The position numbers were made by a program, and so were the translations under genes. Shown in pieces: positions 35,556 through 38,866 of a DNA stretch of 38,866 nt (positions are counted from its first letter, which is position 1; every line of letters begins with the position of its first letter). This DNA comes from Acidobacteriota bacterium (GTDB taxonomy: Bacteria > Acidobacteriota > Terriglobia > Terriglobales > Acidobacteriaceae), in NCBI GenBank assembly GCA_003224835.1, contig QHZX01000350.1, forward strand, positions 1-38,866, given 5' to 3'. The notes beneath the pieces are model-generated. The model did not search any database. It was given only the letters and a program-made list of their open reading frames with translations, and had not been told where the DNA came from.

Positions 35556-37028
35556 ATGAAAGGATTTTTCGCTTCGGTCATACTCCTTGGTTTAGCAAGC
35601 GCGCCATTATTCGCCCAGACCTACCAGCCAAACTGGGACTCGGTCGACAAGCGGCCGACGCCGGCCTGGTTCAGTGACGCGAAGTTTGGAATTTTCATTC
35701 ACTGGGGCACCTATTCCGTTCCGGCTTATGCTCCTGTCCTTCCCGGCAAACTTGCTTACGCCGAGTGGTACTGGAATGCGTTGACGAATGGCAAGAACAA
35801 TCCGAAAGCCGATGAGCTGCAGAAAGGAACCTGGGCATTTCATCAGAAGGTGTATGGCGCGGACTTTCCGTATCAGGATTTTGCGCCGCAGTTTAAGGCA
35901 GAGTTATTCGATCCGGACCATTGGGCAGATGTGTTCGCGCGATCCGGCGCAAAGTATGTCGCGCTGACCTCGAAGCATCACGAGGGCTTTGCGCTGTGGC
36001 CCAGTAAAGAAGCTTCAGCAACCTGGGGACGTCCTTGGAATGCGATGGAGATCGGTCCCAAGCGGGATTTGCTCGGCGATCTCTCCCAGGCTGTTCGTCG
36101 CAAAGGGCTGCGCATGGGCGTCTACTATTCGCTTTACGAGTGGTATAACCCGCTTTGGCTTTATGACAAGCCGCGCTACGTGCGCGAGCACATGTTCCCC
36201 CAATTCAAGGACCTGGTCACTCACTACAAGCCGGCGATTATCTTCAGCGATGGTGAGTGGGAGATGACTTCGGCCGATTGGCACAGCGCTGAACTGCTGG
36301 CGTGGCTGTTCAACGAATCACCGGTTAAGGACGAAGTGGTTGTGGACGACCGTTGGGGCAGCGACACTCGCCATAAACATGGCGGTTACTGGACGACGGA
36401 ATACACGGCTGGCATGAGCGGCATTGATCATCCTTGGGAAGAGAGCCGTGGCATGGGCGTGAGCTATGGATACAACCGTGCGGAAGATCTCAGCATTTAT
36501 CACACTGGCAGAGAACTGCTGTTCATCCTGGTGGACACGGTGAGCCGCGGCGGTAACCTTCTGCTTGATATTGGTCCCAGGGCCGACGGCACAATCCCCG
36601 TGATTATGGAAGAGCGGCTCACAGAAATGGGAGACTGGCTGAAGATCAACGGCGAGGCCATCTACGGGACGAAACCCTGGAAGAACTCGCGTCAGTGGAC
36701 GGCAGGAGAAGTCCAGAAAGTCGAATACAACAAAGAGTATTCATCCGCATACGATGTGACCAAGTTGATCGATAAGCCGGCGGAAGGAAGGGCTTCGATC
36801 GAGGCTTTCTTTACGGTGAAGGGAAGCGACCTCTACGCCATCCTGCCGCGCTGGACGGGCCACAACCTTGTGATCAAAGATGTGAATGCCGCCAGGGGAG
36901 TGAGCCTTCTGGGTTCGAGCGCGCCATTGAAGTTCAGGGCGTCGAAGGCAGGATTGTCGGTTGAACTTCCGGACCTTCCCGAAGATCTGCGACCGCAGCC
37001 GGCATGGGTTTTGAAGATCAGCCAATAA
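35556..37028 (+). CDS. Secreted alpha-L-fucosidase, GH29
   Basis: Signal peptide. Motifs WFSDAKFGIFIHWGTYSVPAY, KYVALTSKHHEGFALWPS and IIFSDGEW. C-terminal beta-sandwich. Confidence 0.9.
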   Translation: MKGFFASVILLGLASAPLFAQTYQPNWDSVDKRPTPAWFSDAKFGIFIHWGTYSVPAYAPVLPGKLAYAEWYWNALTNGKNNPKADELQKGTWAFHQKVYGADFPYQDFAPQFKAELFDPDHWADVFARSGAKYVALTSKHHEGFALWPSKEASATWGRPWNAMEIGPKRDLLGDLSQAVRRKGLRMGVYYSLYEWYNPLWLYDKPRYVREHMFPQFKDLVTHYKPAIIFSDGEWEMTSADWHSAELLAWLFNESPVKDEVVVDDRWGSDTRHKHGGYWTTEYTAGMSGIDHPWEESRGMGVSYGYNRAEDLSIYHTGRELLFILVDTVSRGGNLLLDIGPRADGTIPVIMEERLTEMGDWLKINGEAIYGTKPWKNSRQWTAGEVQKVEYNKEYSSAYDVTKLIDKPAEGRASIEAFFTVKGSDLYAILPRWTGHNLVIKDVNAARGVSLLGSSAPLKFRASKAGLSVELPDLPEDLRPQPAWVLKISQ

Positions 37029-37095
37029 CGAATTCGGCAAGCGAGAACATTGCCTCGCATCCGAGAAGAAAGTAAATGCAGAAATCTATTACGAA

Positions 37096-38127
37096 TTGGA
37101 GCCGTGCCGCAAGGTGAAGGCGCTGGTAATCAGAGGACCCGGGGAAGCCACGATCGAGTCGGTGCCGGAACCCAAACAGGTTGACGGGAATCTGCTGTTG
37201 AAGGTGCGGATGGTCGGCCTCTGTGGCACAGACTTAAATTCGTTTCGTGGTAAGAATCCGCTGGTTACTTTTCCACGAATTCCTGGGCACGAGGTGGCAG
37301 CGACAATTGTTTCGTCTCACAAGACCGATCCAGCTCTACATGCCGGCGCAAACATTGCAGTCTCCCCGTACACGAACTGCGGACAGTGCGCCTCCTGTAG
37401 GCGCGGCCGTTCCAATGCCTGCCAGTTCAACCAGACGCTCGGAGTACAAAGAGACGGTGCGCTCAGCGAGTTCATCGTCATGCCACCTGAAAATCTCTAC
37501 GTTGCAGACCTCACGTTAAAGGAATTATGCCTGGTTGAACCCTTGACCGTGGGGTTTCATGCGGTTGCGCGGGCACGAATAACAGCCGATGACGTGGTTG
37601 CGGTTTTCGGTTGCGGCGGAGTTGGACTTGGTGCCATTGCCGGGGCCAGCGCTCGTGGAGCGGTGACGATCTGCGTTGATGTGGATGATCAAAAGCTTGA
37701 ACTTGCTCAAAAAGCAGGCGGCACTCACAAGATCCAAAGTGCGCGCGAGCCCCTTCATGAGAGACTGCTGGGACTGACAGACGGACGTGGGCCTGACGTG
37801 ATCATTGAGGCTGTAGGCACTCCACAAACCTTTCGTGCTGCGGTGGAAGAGGTAGCATTTACCGGACGTGTTGTGTACATCGGCTACGCCAAAGACACTG
37901 TGAGTTACGAAACGCGATACTTCGTACAGAAGGAGTTGGACATTCTGGGATCCCGAAACGCTCAGCCAGAGGACTTTCGCGCTGTGATCAAGCTTCTGGA
38001 AGATGGAAAATTTCCCGTTGCGGAGGCAATAAGCTCAATTGTATCGATTGAGGACGTGCCGAGAGCGTTGCAGTCGTGGAGCAAAAATCCGGCCAAGGTC
38101 AAAAAGATCATGGTTCGCTTGGACTGA
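37096..38127 (+). CDS. Zinc-binding medium-chain alcohol/polyol dehydrogenase
   Basis: GLCGTDL, GHEVAATIV (catalytic Zn), CGQCASCRRGRSNAC (structural Zn Cys cluster) and VFGCGGVGLGA (Rossmann). The likely real start is the GTG at 37114 (KALVIRGPGE). Confidence 0.85.
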   Translation: MEPCRKVKALVIRGPGEATIESVPEPKQVDGNLLLKVRMVGLCGTDLNSFRGKNPLVTFPRIPGHEVAATIVSSHKTDPALHAGANIAVSPYTNCGQCASCRRGRSNACQFNQTLGVQRDGALSEFIVMPPENLYVADLTLKELCLVEPLTVGFHAVARARITADDVVAVFGCGGVGLGAIAGASARGAVTICVDVDDQKLELAQKAGGTHKIQSAREPLHERLLGLTDGRGPDVIIEAVGTPQTFRAAVEEVAFTGRVVYIGYAKDTVSYETRYFVQKELDILGSRNAQPEDFRAVIKLLEDGKFPVAEAISSIVSIEDVPRALQSWSKNPAKVKKIMVRLD

Positions 38128-38160
38128 GTCATAAACTGATAATTCTGAGGGGGAGTTCAG

Positions 38161-38866
38161 CGTGCAGGTTTCGAGTGCCAGCAGTCAGCTTCCCGTGAAA
38201 CGCGGGACGGAAGTTGCGCCGCTCTTCCCATCCGGGCACCTTCTGCCGTTTGTTCTGGTTACGGTGCTGTTCTTTCTGTGGGGGATACCCAACAACCTCA
38301 ACGATGTTCTTATCCGGCAATTCATGAAGTCGTTCGCGATTTCGCGCTTTGAAGCCGGACTGATCCAGTTTACCTTCTACCTGGGATATTTCCTATTGGC
38401 CATGCCGGCTGCCATTCTCATGCGCCGATCAGGCTACAAGGCCGGATTCGTGATCGGATTGCTTCTGTTTGGCATAGGAACGTTTCTCTTCTGGCCGGCT
38501 GCAATTGTCGGTAAGTACTGGTTTTTCCTCTTCGCGTTGTTCGTGATCGCCAGCGGATTGTCATTCCTTGAAACCGCTTCGAATCCGTTCATCGCGCAAA
38601 TGGGAGATCCCGACAGTTCTGAGCGCAGGCTGAATTTTTCGCAAGCATTCAATCCTCTAGGTTCCATTACAGGTGTGCTCATCGGCACGGTGTTTATTTT
38701 CTCTGGCGTGGAGCTGAACCCAGAACAAGTCGACGCAATGAAGGCACAAAATCTCTATGAGGCGTACCTGCGTTCAGAAACGCTGCGAGTGGTTACGCCG
38801 TATCTCGTTTTGGGCGCCGTCGCGATCTTCTGGGCACTGCTGATTTGGAGAACAAAATTTCCCAAC
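38161..38866 (+). CDS. fucP: L-fucose:H+ symporter permease (MFS), 3' end cut by window edge
   Basis: Not in the ORF track because it has no stop in the window. Translation from the GTG at 38161 gives ...FFLWGIPNNLNDVLIRQFMKSFAISRFEAGLIQFTFYLGYFLLAMPAAILMRRSGYKAGFVIGLLLFGIGTFLFWPAA...LETASNPFIAQMGDP...RLNFSQAFNPLGSITG. This is collinear with my recollection of E. coli FucP. Confidence 0.88.

Noticed and set aside
1-38866. Searched for CRISPR arrays, transposase, integrase or recombinase genes, terminal inverted repeats, prophage genes, toxin-antitoxin pairs and recognisable defence-system enzymes (nucleases, helicases, methyltransferases, reverse transcriptases).
   Set aside because: None of the ORF translations or intergenic regions showed such signatures. 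The only repeats are the 14-bp triplet at 5977-6018 and ordinary hairpins.

Overview
A 38.9 kb chromosomal segment of moderate-to-high GC. The gene content looks like an Acidobacteriota-type soil bacterium; this is a phylum-level guess from protein families only. I recognised no rRNA, tRNA, CRISPR array, transposase or integrase. Left to right: (1) cell-shape operon mreB-mreC-mreD (minus strand) preceded by a FecR-domain membrane protein. (2) Housekeeping and envelope genes: aldehyde dehydrogenase, class I aminotransferase, PHP-type tyrosine phosphatase, peptidoglycan-binding protein, HtrA protease, DUF4397 lipoprotein, secreted TonB-C protein, M28 peptidase, lipid kinase, SppA, IHF/HU. (3) A signalling block: REC-PilZ protein, FliA-family sigma factor and OmpR-type regulator on the minus strand, divergent from a membrane GGDEF cyclase. 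(4) An ATP-grasp plus zinc-metallopeptidase pair, then rpoD. (5) A decayed GH20 hexosaminidase. (6) The most interesting part, 27.7-34.8 kb: a six-gene, translationally coupled, synthase-dependent exopolysaccharide locus. It encodes a UDP-GlcNAc 2-epimerase, a PgaC/NodC-like processive GT2, a membrane-anchored beta-helix (bactofilin-like) protein, a large deacetylase-like protein, a small outer-membrane beta-barrel and a polytopic membrane protein. The logic resembles pga/ica, but the accessory proteins do not look canonical. (7) A histidine-kinase gene relic directly abutting that locus. (8) An L-fucose utilisation cluster (mutarotase, GH29 fucosidase, Zn-dehydrogenase, fucP truncated by the window edge). 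All family calls come from reading motifs in the translations; no database search was run.
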